Shown piece by piece: positions 1 through 8,136 of a stretch of DNA of 64,000 bases (the first letter of the stretch is position 1; each line of letters opens with the position of its first letter). Source of the DNA: an uncultured virus (IMG/VR IMGVR_UViG_3300048927_000758) (lineage: Duplodnaviria > Heunggongvirae > Uroviricota > Caudoviricetes); the IMG/VR virus record IMGVR_UViG_3300048927_000758; one strand, given 5' to 3'. The position numbers and the translations under genes were made by a program. The notes beneath the pieces were generated by a model. It did not search any database, was not told the origin of the DNA, and was given only the letters and a program-made list of their open reading frames with translations.

Positions 1-504
1 TTATGCTGTGTTTTCTAATGATAAGAATAGTTCACGGTATGCGGATACCAGTTCATCCAGCGTCGCCCGGTTCAGGCCGCTTGGGTTAGGCAGCACCCAA
101 ACTTCCGTGTCACCGATTTTCAACGCCTGACGTCCCCAGTTCACCTTACTGATGCCAAACGCTTTACTGAATGCCTGTTTGCCTAAAACAGCCAGCGCAC
201 GCGGCTGATAGTATTCAATTTTTGCCATCAACGCTGCGCCCCCTTCGCGCAACTCATCGCGAACCAGCTCCGTTGCCTCAACGGTCGGACGTTCCACCAG
301 CATGGTGATCCCGCAATCTGTATCCAGCAAATGCTGTTCTTCTTCAGGCTTAAGTAAACGCGCGGTAAAACCCGCCTGATAGATAACTTTCCAGAAGCGG
401 TTATTGGCATTAGCGAAATGGAAACCATGATGAGCAGTGGATAAGCCGGGATTGATGCCGCAAAACACGACAGAAAGATCCCGGGCGATAATATCTGTAA
501 TCAT
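1..504 (-). CDS. mug: G/U mismatch-specific uracil-DNA glycosylase
   Basis: GINPGLS and LPNPSGLN motifs of the MUG/TDG family; sits next to tRNA-Ile(CAT) as in E. coli mug-ileX. Confidence 0.95.
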   Translation of the reverse strand: MITDIIARDLSVVFCGINPGLSTAHHGFHFANANNRFWKVIYQAGFTARLLKPEEEQHLLDTDCGITMLVERPTVEATELVRDELREGGAALMAKIEYYQPRALAVLGKQAFSKAFGISKVNWGRQALKIGDTEVWVLPNPSGLNRATLDELVSAYRELFLSLENTA

Positions 505-630
505 TATTCTCCCTTAAGATGTATTTACCTGAGTTATAGGTAAAAAACGCAGTGAACACAACAGACTAAAACTGTGCACAAAACGCGCATACAAACCGAA
601 GACATATAGACCTGTAAGCAGAGTTTACCG

Positions 631-646
631 TATAATCCCGCACCTC
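631..646 (+). promoter_or_regulatory. Probable sigma70 -10 box and GC-rich discriminator of the tRNA gene
   Basis: Perfect TATAAT at 631-636 followed by CCCGCACC just before the tRNA 5' end, typical of stable-RNA promoters. Confidence 0.65.
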
Positions 647-723
647 GGCCCTTTAGCTCAGTTGGTTAGAGCACGCGACTCATAATCGCTTGGTCGCTGG
701 TTCAAGTCCAGCAAGGGCCACCA
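647..723 (+). tRNA. ileX: tRNA-Ile2 (anticodon CAT, lysidine type), ileX/ileY-like; prophage integration target
   Basis: 77-nt cloverleaf GGCCCTT...AAGGGCCACCA, D-loop GGTTAGAGC, anticodon loop CTCATAA, T-loop GGTTCAAGTCC; closely resembles E. coli ileX. Confidence 0.93.
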
Positions 724-730
724 AATTTTA
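678..730 (+). repeat. att core, copy 1 (53 bp; tRNA-side end of prophage 1)
   Basis: ACTCATAATCGC...GGCCACCAAATTTTA is identical to 34649-34701. Confidence 0.95.
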
Positions 731-749
731 GCTTTAAAATCATATAATT

Positions 750-777
750 AAGCCACTTTTTACGAAGTGGCTTTTTT
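750..777 (+). terminator. Phage-supplied intrinsic terminator after the tRNA
   Basis: AAGCCACTT-loop-AAGTGGCTT followed by a T-tract; similar copy at 34721-34749. Confidence 0.8.
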
Positions 778-792
778 GTTTCCATTTTTCAG

Positions 793-810
793 TGGCGATG
801 AAATGGCGAT
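793..810 (+). promoter_or_regulatory. Putative integrase arm-type sites (TGGCGAT x2, 11-bp period)
   Basis: Same tandem pair recurs at 34536-34553 on the other arm of prophage 1. Confidence 0.65.
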
Positions 811-870
811 GCATTTTCACGGGTGGCTATTCTCTTAACCGGCTCCTCCTTTCCTTTTTTGCAAAAATGC

Positions 871-895
871 AAAAAAACCCGCTTTCGCGGGCTTC
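871..895 (-). terminator. Intrinsic terminator downstream of ogr
   Basis: CCCGC-TTTC-GCGGG hairpin with an A-tract on the + strand (T-tract on the - strand). Confidence 0.65.
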
Positions 896-910
896 TGTTG
901 AAATGTGTTT

Positions 911-1132
911 TCAGTGCATCTGGAAGGACTGCTGCTGATGTTTATCTGGATGCAGTTGAACGGCGTGAACTGTTCCCGGCTCCACAATGATGTCAGCGAT
1001 CGATTCATGAGTTTTGAACGTGCAACTGCAATTAATATTTTGGCATTGATGATAACGCTCTTTGGTGTTCGCGCTCAGGTAACGGCTTGAACGGGCGTGG
1101 GCAGCGTGCTGGCATTTCGGGCAGTGCATCAT
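911..1132 (-). CDS. ogr: Ogr/Delta-family zinc-finger late transcription activator
   Basis: MMHCPKC...ERYHQCQNINCSCTF C4 motif; start trimmed to the MMH codons. Confidence 0.92.
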   Translation of the reverse strand: MMHCPKCQHAAHARSSRYLSANTKERYHQCQNINCSCTFKTHESIADIIVEPGTVHAVQLHPDKHQQQSFQMH

Positions 1133-1227
1133 AATAATCACCATGTAATCATTTTTAATCAGATGCAATCATTGTATGTTATCACGCAAAACATACATCT
1201 GACATTACAGTGTTTTACACAGCTTGC

Positions 1228-2391
1228 TTATTCGGCCCCATCGCTTTCTAACGCCTCGTAATTTACCTCTGACAAAAGCACCTCAAGATTTAACGTCGTC
1301 ACAAATCCACTGCTGCCCAGACTGTGTGTCACTTTGCTGATAATCCACGGCTGCGCGTCGATCACGGATTTAAAACCGGACACCGCCACCGGCGTTTCAG
1401 GGAATAAATCTGCACGCCCGCGAGCCAGGGAGATCGAGAACTCTGCGACACCGCGCTGGAGTTTGTCCCATTTTGCCTGCGCCGCCCGCATGGCGGCCTT
1501 TTGCGTGGCGTAGATGGTGGTCAGGGCAAACACGTTTTCATCACTCCCCGCCAGGTAATCACCTTCTTTGGCCTCTGGCGGTTTCTCCACCTTTGCGCTG
1601 ACCTTTTTCGCATTGGGATGCTGCACGTTGTTCAGAGATTGTGATTTCTTTTTCCGCTGCACCTTCACCTTTTTAGGCTTCGGGTCTTTGGTGTGAAGCC
1701 AGCTTGCCGACACGCCGGTATAAGCCCCGCGATCGGCAATGTTGAACGTGTGCCCGTCGCCGTCGCTGCGCACGATGGTCATCTGCGGGATAGGCTTCCC
1801 GCTGGCGGTCTTTGCCGCCCCCGGCTTGATAAACAGCAAACTGCCCGCCTTGATGGCGACAACCGCGCCGTTCAGCTCGGCCAGGCGGGTAATAAACTTC
1901 GCGTCGGTTTCCTGGGTCTGGTCGATGTGCGACACCTTCACGCCCCTGAATGGCTCAGCCACGGCGGGCTTGAGGTTATTGCGCGCCGCGACGGCGGCCA
2001 ACACGGCCTCCAGCGTCGTGTCGTGGTAAGAGTTATCACGGCGGGAATTCAGGCTGCCGCGATAGTCCGCACTGCGGGCGCGAATGGTCAGCGTGTCCGG
2101 CGTTCCCCGGTGCTCAACTTCATCCACCGTAAAGTCGCCTTTGTTTATCAGTGCCTGACCTTTCCAGCCGAGTGCGATATTTATCACGGCACCGCGCGGC
2201 GGCATTTCCATCAGGCCGTCCGTATCGCTCAGCTCGATGTCGAGCTGGTCGGCCTCAAAGCCGCGGTTATCGGTGAGCGTCAGCGAAATCAGCCGGTTGC
2301 TGACGTCCTGGGTAATATCCTTCCCAGCCACGGTCACGGAGAAGCCAGGCGCAAACTGCGCACCGGCTCCGATGGTCATATCCGTAATCAC
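1228..2391 (-). CDS. D: P2 gpD-like late control/baseplate hub protein
   Basis: RLISLTLTDNRGFEADQLDIEL motif; position after U. Confidence 0.92.
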   Translation of the reverse strand: MITDMTIGAGAQFAPGFSVTVAGKDITQDVSNRLISLTLTDNRGFEADQLDIELSDTDGLMEMPPRGAVINIALGWKGQALINKGDFTVDEVEHRGTPDTLTIRARSADYRGSLNSRRDNSYHDTTLEAVLAAVAARNNLKPAVAEPFRGVKVSHIDQTQETDAKFITRLAELNGAVVAIKAGSLLFIKPGAAKTASGKPIPQMTIVRSDGDGHTFNIADRGAYTGVSASWLHTKDPKPKKVKVQRKKKSQSLNNVQHPNAKKVSAKVEKPPEAKEGDYLAGSDENVFALTTIYATQKAAMRAAQAKWDKLQRGVAEFSISLARGRADLFPETPVAVSGFKSVIDAQPWIISKVTHSLGSSGFVTTLNLEVLLSEVNYEALESDGAE

Positions 2392-2858
2392 AGCAAGCCT
2401 CCCAGTTGGCCGGTTAAACCACCCGCCTGATCCAGTAACCCGTCGGCCTGAGCTTTCATGTCGCCGAACATCGCCGCCAGAGATTCATCAACGCGGGTGA
2501 GCGTCAGCGTAAACTCTATCTTTCGCGGCGCGCCGTTGGAGAAAAATTCCGTGTGGGTTTCGCTGACGCTGTTCACCACGAACATCCCGTAAATCGTGCC
2601 GCTGCCCTCCAGCAGAGGCCACGCCTTGCCTTCATCGGCCATCAGGTTCAGTGCCAACAACGACAACTTTCCGCCGGTGATTTCCGGCATCAGCACGCCG
2701 GACAGGGTAATTTTCTCCTCATTCACGCCGAGAAACTGCGGCAACGGACGCAGGCCGACGCGGTTGTTTGCAGGCCAGCGGTAATCGACATCGCGCTGCA
2801 AACTTTGATAAGGGACGGTCTGCAACTGAAACACAAAAAAACCGAGCGTTAACATCAT
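2388..2858 (-). CDS. U: P2 gpU-like tail protein
   Basis: MMLTLGFFVFQLQTVPYQ...RKIEFTLTLTRVDE. Confidence 0.92.
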   Translation of the reverse strand: MMLTLGFFVFQLQTVPYQSLQRDVDYRWPANNRVGLRPLPQFLGVNEEKITLSGVLMPEITGGKLSLLALNLMADEGKAWPLLEGSGTIYGMFVVNSVSETHTEFFSNGAPRKIEFTLTLTRVDESLAAMFGDMKAQADGLLDQAGGLTGQLGGLL

Positions 2859-2870
2859 GCGGATATCTCC

Positions 2871-5363
2871 TTAATCGTTATCCATGCGGGAACGCTGTTG
2901 CGCAGCGCGCGCACGATCGCGCGCCTCCAGTTCTGCGCGGATTTGGCGGCTGGTGTCTTGCCCACCCAAACCGGCACCGGCGGCAATCTGATAATGGTGC
3001 GTACTCCGATCGACATAGCTGCGCCCACCGCCCGCTGACACGGGGGCATAGTTGCCACCCATGAGAACATCCACCGGGGGCGCAAAGGGATTAGGATTAC
3101 CCAGGGGATTATTCTCGACAGGCGCATTCCCGCCGGACGGTGAACGCCCGTCCGCTTTCGCGGCGTTTTTATCAATGTCCGCCGATTCATCTTTAATGAT
3201 GCCGAGCTTCTCCAGCAGCCAGTCCACGCCCTGACGCAGCTTATTGAATGCCTGTAACGGCGCGGTCAGCGCGTTGGCAATGGCCTGTCCGAACATCACG
3301 CCGGTGTCCTTGCAGTTGTTCAGCGTTTCCTGCGTGGATTTCACCGGTTGAATAAGATCTTTGAACCACTGCCAGACCATTTTTAATTTGTCGCCGAGCC
3401 AGTCAAAAACCGGCCTAAGCGGCGCAAACAGTTCTTTCACCGGCGCGAACGCAATGCCCAGCCCTTCAATCACGCCCGCAAAGAAGGCGCTGATCGGCTC
3501 CCAGTACTTACGAATAAGCAACGCTGCGGCGACGATTGCCACACCGACGGCGATCACCGGCCAGGTTATCGCGCCGATGGCGGCAACAATGGCACTGCCC
3601 GCGATACTGAAACCCGCACTCAAGAATCCCGCACCGGCGATCAGTGCATTAATCCCCGTCATGACAGGCCAGACTACTAACCCGATGGCACCCAGCACGG
3701 CAACCAGACCCGAAACACCCCCAGCGATAGTCACCAGATTTGTCGCGAGCTTAGGGTTAGCGCTTACCCAGACGTTAAGCTTATCAAGCCAGGCGGTAGC
3801 CGTTTGCGTGAGTTTGCGCAGCTGTTCATCCATTTCTTTAAACGCGGTAAAGCGCAGCCGGGCAAAGCTGCCTTGCAGGCGCGCAACGTCGCCGGTTAAA
3901 TTATTCCGCAGCGTGTCGCCCATTTTCAGAGCGGCACCGCTGACATCCCCGAGCTGATCCTTAGCCCCCGCCAGCGCGCCAAGAAATGCGGGGATTTGGT
4001 CAATCGATAAATCCTCAATCGGCGTCCCAAACAGCGCGATGGCCGCATTTGCCCGCGCCGCCGGGTCTTTGATGGATAACAACCCTTTGGCCGTTTTTTG
4101 CATCGCCGTCCGCGCCCCGGCGCCGCCTTTCGCGATTGCCCGTGACATTTTTCCGGCATTCAGCCCGATTTCTTCATAAGCCGACACGCTGGCTTTTGAC
4201 ATGTCAGAGCCGCGAATGCTGAACTCTTTAATCGCATCGCCGGTTTTATCAAGGGCGAACTTCCCCTGTTTCGACATATCTATCAGCAGAGACATAGCCT
4301 CAGCGCCGCTAAATCCGAGGTTGCGAAAGTGCGTAGAATACTCATGCAGGATTTCCGGCATCTCTCCGCGCATTTGTGCAGAGACGCGCTGCATCCCGGC
4401 GGTGATCAGATCCAGCGCCTCGTCACTGCTGCCCGCAAGCCCGTTTTTCATCATGATGGCGGCTATCTGGATGCTTTCAGCGGTTTCACTGCCAAAGGCC
4501 GTTTGCATATCCAGCGCCTTACGGGTGATGCGCTCCAACTCTGCGGAGCCTACATCTCCCATTGTGCCCAGGGTGCTGCGAACCGCAGACACGGCTTCGG
4601 TGATTTTTTCAATATTTTCACTGACGCCCGAACTGTTAATGCGCTGAATAACCTGGGTGTAATCGCCACCCTTCGCAGAGTCTTCCCCCTGACGCGCGGC
4701 AATCAGCGCGCCGCTGTGCTGACTTTGAACTTCGGGTGCCATTAACCGACTACCGGCATACAGGGCCGCCGTCCCCAGGCCAAGCGCCGCCGCGCCGCCG
4801 TTGCGCACGCCTGCCGCCGCCGCCTTGCCGCGCTCATAACGGGCGCTGACCGCGTTTAGCCTTGCCTGCTGCGCGCTGACGCGTGCCAGAGACTCCCGCT
4901 GCTGGTTGAGCTGGGCGGTGGTTTGGCTGATGGAGGCTTTAAGTCGGCGCTCAGACTCGGACAGGTTGCGCGTGCTGATCCCGGCCTCGGACAGTTCGGC
5001 GCGCTGACGCTGCACAGACTGCCGCAGGCCGTTGAACTGGGTCTGCAACTCTGCGGCGGTGCGCTTCGCTGATTCCATAGCCTTCGTCTGTGCACGGGTC
5101 GGGTTCGCGGTGTTCCTGAACTGGATCGCCAGCGCCGCCGCCTCGGCTTTGGCGTCTTTCAGCTTCTGGCTGGTGACAGCCATCTGGGCGCTGGATTTCC
5201 TGAATCCCTCAATCTTTCCTGCCTGGGCGTTCAGGTCTTTGAGGGTGGCTTGTGATCCGAGAATATCGTTAGACAGGGATTTACTGGCATTTTGAACGGC
5301 TTTAAACGGGCGGGTCGCCTGGTCAACCGCCTTTAACAGCACCTCTACTTTTAAATTACTCAC
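2871..5363 (-). CDS. T: Tail tape measure protein
   Basis: 830 aa, N-terminal LLKAVDQATRPF, Ala-rich helical body with hydrophobic segments; position after E/E'. Confidence 0.92.
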   Translation of the reverse strand: MSNLKVEVLLKAVDQATRPFKAVQNASKSLSNDILGSQATLKDLNAQAGKIEGFRKSSAQMAVTSQKLKDAKAEAAALAIQFRNTANPTRAQTKAMESAKRTAAELQTQFNGLRQSVQRQRAELSEAGISTRNLSESERRLKASISQTTAQLNQQRESLARVSAQQARLNAVSARYERGKAAAAGVRNGGAAALGLGTAALYAGSRLMAPEVQSQHSGALIAARQGEDSAKGGDYTQVIQRINSSGVSENIEKITEAVSAVRSTLGTMGDVGSAELERITRKALDMQTAFGSETAESIQIAAIMMKNGLAGSSDEALDLITAGMQRVSAQMRGEMPEILHEYSTHFRNLGFSGAEAMSLLIDMSKQGKFALDKTGDAIKEFSIRGSDMSKASVSAYEEIGLNAGKMSRAIAKGGAGARTAMQKTAKGLLSIKDPAARANAAIALFGTPIEDLSIDQIPAFLGALAGAKDQLGDVSGAALKMGDTLRNNLTGDVARLQGSFARLRFTAFKEMDEQLRKLTQTATAWLDKLNVWVSANPKLATNLVTIAGGVSGLVAVLGAIGLVVWPVMTGINALIAGAGFLSAGFSIAGSAIVAAIGAITWPVIAVGVAIVAAALLIRKYWEPISAFFAGVIEGLGIAFAPVKELFAPLRPVFDWLGDKLKMVWQWFKDLIQPVKSTQETLNNCKDTGVMFGQAIANALTAPLQAFNKLRQGVDWLLEKLGIIKDESADIDKNAAKADGRSPSGGNAPVENNPLGNPNPFAPPVDVLMGGNYAPVSAGGGRSYVDRSTHHYQIAAGAGLGGQDTSRQIRAELEARDRARAAQQRSRMDND

Positions 5364-5535
5364 TGTCGGCTCCGCTGCGCTGCATGGCCTTATGACGCCA
5401 CACCAGCAGCTCGGTCAGCGTCATCAGATACAGTTCTGACGGCGGCCAGTGAAAAATCACCGCGATGTCCGCCATCAGATCATCGACTTGCAGGTATGGG
5501 GGAAATTTTACAGTTCCGATTTCGGCGACAAAAAA
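5356..5535 (-). CDS. gpE' C-terminal extension reached by programmed -1 frameshift from E
   Basis: Frame encodes VDDLMADIAVIFHWPPSEL...WRHKAMQRSG; slippery TTTTTTG at 5535-5529 as in P2 E+E'. Confidence 0.85.
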   Translation of the reverse strand, partial: FFVAEIGTVKFPPYLQVDDLMADIAVIFHWPPSELYLMTLTELLVWRHKAMQRSGADSE

Positions 5536-5789
5536 CCGATCACCTTGCCCGCCAGCGCAATCAGGTCGGGCAGGTTCAGGTTTTTGCACTCCTGAGTCGT
5601 CAGGTTCGGGAGGGTGATGCGCGGCAGAATGACGGTCAGCGCGTCAACGTCGGCGTTCGCCAGGGAGGCGAGGCCAATCCCGCGCAGGTGTCCGGCGTTC
5701 GGCTTGATGATTTCAATCTGAGTGATCAGGGTGTCGCCACGTTTGATCGGTTCTTCCAGGGTAACGATGTTTTCATTGTGTTCTGACAT
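5508..5789 (-). CDS. E: Tail assembly chaperone gpE
   Basis: VTLEEPIKRG...KPNAGHLRG...KVIGFLSPKS. Confidence 0.9.
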   Translation of the reverse strand: MSEHNENIVTLEEPIKRGDTLITQIEIIKPNAGHLRGIGLASLANADVDALTVILPRITLPNLTTQECKNLNLPDLIALAGKVIGFLSPKSEL

Positions 5790-5847
5790 AGCGGTATCTC
5801 TTCTTCAAAGGTGAGGTTTCGCGCCGTTGTCCGGCGCGGGTTACGGG

Positions 5848-6357
5848 TTACAGGCCGATGTTTTTGCGGTGCTGTGCCACGCGGTCAACGCCGCCGACGA
5901 TTTCCACCATGTTCACGGTATCGACTTCAATCATGTCTTTGCCGTCAATCGTGAGTTTGAAATAGGTGCATTGGGTAGTGATTTTAGTTTCGGTGTCTTC
6001 ACCCTGCTTGTACTCGCCGAAATCCATCTCTTTATGACGTCCGCGCATCGTGACTTCCACGGCGGAGGTGTTGCCGGTGTCGTCGCGCTGGAAGGAACCG
6101 GCAAAGCGCAGCGGCACGGCATCCACCGCGCCCCACTGCTGCAACACCAGTTCATCCAGTCCGCCCACCGTCCACTCAAAGCTCAGCGCGTCGTCGTCCA
6201 GACCGAAATCAATGGCGGCGGAACCGGTCATGCCGCCGCCGCGATAGTTCTCCAGCTTGCGGGTCAGTTTCGGCAGCGTCAGCGCGCTGACCGTGCCGAG
6301 GTAGCTGTTCCCGTCGTTAAACAGGTTCAGGTATTTCAGTTTCTTAGGCAGTGCCAT
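5848..6357 (-). CDS. FII: Major tail tube protein
   Basis: MALPKKLKYLNLFNDG...LPKLTRKLENYRGGGM. Confidence 0.95.
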   Translation of the reverse strand: MALPKKLKYLNLFNDGNSYLGTVSALTLPKLTRKLENYRGGGMTGSAAIDFGLDDDALSFEWTVGGLDELVLQQWGAVDAVPLRFAGSFQRDDTGNTSAVEVTMRGRHKEMDFGEYKQGEDTETKITTQCTYFKLTIDGKDMIEVDTVNMVEIVGGVDRVAQHRKNIGL

Positions 6358-6370
6358 GTTTTAGCGCCTC

Positions 6371-7540
6371 TTAGCTGTTAACGGAGGTGGCGAACGTCGC
6401 CAGGTACTGATCGGTGATGCGCTGACGCAGGGTTAAATCTTCCAGCGGCGGCACCGGCGTATAGTCGTAATCAATAAACAACTTGCCTGCTTTCAGGGTT
6501 TCGACGGTGTTCGCGTCGGGGTCATACCAGCAGTTGCCATCAATGATCAGACCGGCGGTTTTCATTTCGCGCAGCTTGGCGTTAATGCCCGCAATCATGT
6601 CCTTGATAAGCGTCGGGGTAACGGGCTTGTCTGATGCCCACATATGCCCCTCGGCGATAGTGTCCGCCAGTACCTGCGCGGTGCGGGTGTAGTTCTCAAA
6701 CAGGAACAGCGGATCATCTGAGCAAGTGCGCTGCCCCCAGAACTTAAAGCCGTCCTTGCGGATAAGCGTGGTGACGCAAGCCTGGTTCAGCAGGTCGGCA
6801 TCGGTGCCGGGGGTCTGCAAATCCCAGTACACGCTGGCCGACAGGCCGGTGACGCCGTTGATACCGACGTTAGAAAGGGTTTTATGCCAGCCGGTTTCTG
6901 CGTCGATTTTGGCACGCAGGCCGAGCGCGTAAGCCGTTGCAGGCGCGATGTCGCTGGCGTTGGTGGTGGTGTTCCAGGCCACGAAATCAGGCCAGATAAC
7001 CATCAGCTCACGCTGGCTGAAATTGTCGCGGTACTTGATGGCATCAGACACGGTTTTACAGCCGTAGGCGCTGACGTAGCCGAATGCACGCAATTGCTGA
7101 CAGACGGCGGCAAGTGCGGTCGCGACTTCCTGATTATCCAGACCCGGCACGCCGAGAATACGCGGTTTTACGCCGAGTTCAGTCTGCGCGGACAGCAGGG
7201 CTTTCATGCCGGTATACATGCCGGTTTCATCTGACCCGCCGATGATGTTGGAGGTGGTTTCCGCTTCGGTTTCACCCTTGGCGACGCGCACCACGACAAC
7301 AACCGGTTTAGCCTGGTTAGCGATAGCCATCAGGGAGGCGCGCAGCGTGCCGGTTTTACCGGCCTTGCCTGCGGCGGTGAGTACATTGGTAATGAGCACC
7401 GGCGTATCCAGCGGGAAGGTCGCCGCGTCGGCATCCTCTGCAGTGCAGACCATCCCGATGATGGCGGTGGAGACGGTGGAGATAACGCGGGTGCCGTCAT
7501 TGATTTCAACAACGCGCACACCGTGATGATAATCAGCCAT
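6371..7540 (-). CDS. FI: Major tail sheath protein
   Basis: MADYHHGVRVVEINDGTR start (trimmed from the ORF call); C-terminal YDYTPVPPLEDLTLRQRITD. Confidence 0.95.
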   Translation of the reverse strand: MADYHHGVRVVEINDGTRVISTVSTAIIGMVCTAEDADAATFPLDTPVLITNVLTAAGKAGKTGTLRASLMAIANQAKPVVVVVRVAKGETEAETTSNIIGGSDETGMYTGMKALLSAQTELGVKPRILGVPGLDNQEVATALAAVCQQLRAFGYVSAYGCKTVSDAIKYRDNFSQRELMVIWPDFVAWNTTTNASDIAPATAYALGLRAKIDAETGWHKTLSNVGINGVTGLSASVYWDLQTPGTDADLLNQACVTTLIRKDGFKFWGQRTCSDDPLFLFENYTRTAQVLADTIAEGHMWASDKPVTPTLIKDMIAGINAKLREMKTAGLIIDGNCWYDPDANTVETLKAGKLFIDYDYTPVPPLEDLTLRQRITDQYLATFATSVNS

Positions 7541-7611
7541 GGTGTTTTTCCTGTGATTAATAAGCCAATCAATCATCGCGTGTTGTATCGGCGCAGGCAC
7601 GGCGGGCGCGG

Positions 7612-7629
7612 TGTGTGGGGAATAGCACA
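7612..7629 (-). promoter_or_regulatory. Ogr-type late-promoter activator site upstream of FI
   Basis: TGT-N12-ACA (TGTGTGGGGAATAGCACA), the P2 late-promoter dyad; related motifs at 13237-13263 and 22212-22238. Confidence 0.65.
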
Positions 7630-7671
7630 ACGGGGAAGGGGAAAAAACAAAGCCCCTCTTCGGGGCTCCGG

Positions 7672-8127
7672 TTAGGCGGGGATTTCCGGCCAGGCAATAT
7701 CCGGCGCAGCAGACAAATCCAGCCGGTTAAGCGCGACGCGGTATTTTTTCCAGGCGGTCAGGCTTGCCCGTTCCGCCTCCGTGGCATCGTCAATATCGAC
7801 GGCATCTTGCAAAGGCGCAATAGTCGCGTTTGCCTTTGCCATCAGCGAGGACAAGGCCGTGACGGCTTCGGCCTTGCGTTCTTCAACCGTCGGCGGCGGA
7901 ATATCCCCCCAGGCGGGCAGACCGTCAGTGCCCGCAACCCGCATTTTCCCCTCCGGCGGCGGGAGGGTTTGATATTTATGGTAAACCACATCGCTGACCG
8001 CAATGCCATCATCCGGCCAGCTTCCGGCATCGTCGTACACGTCCCGCAACGCACGCGGATAAAAACCGTTGGTGAGCGGGCTGTAAACATAAAGACTTGA
8101 GGTGACTGCGCTGTAATAGTTGCTCAT
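7672..8127 (-). CDS. Tail fibre assembly chaperone (Tfa family)
   Basis: C-terminal IAPLQDAVDIDDATEAE...WKKYRVALNRLD...WPEIP; follows the fibre gene. Confidence 0.9.
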   Translation of the reverse strand: MSNYYSAVTSSLYVYSPLTNGFYPRALRDVYDDAGSWPDDGIAVSDVVYHKYQTLPPPEGKMRVAGTDGLPAWGDIPPPTVEERKAEAVTALSSLMAKANATIAPLQDAVDIDDATEAERASLTAWKKYRVALNRLDLSAAPDIAWPEIPA

Positions 8128-8136
8128 TATTTTCCC

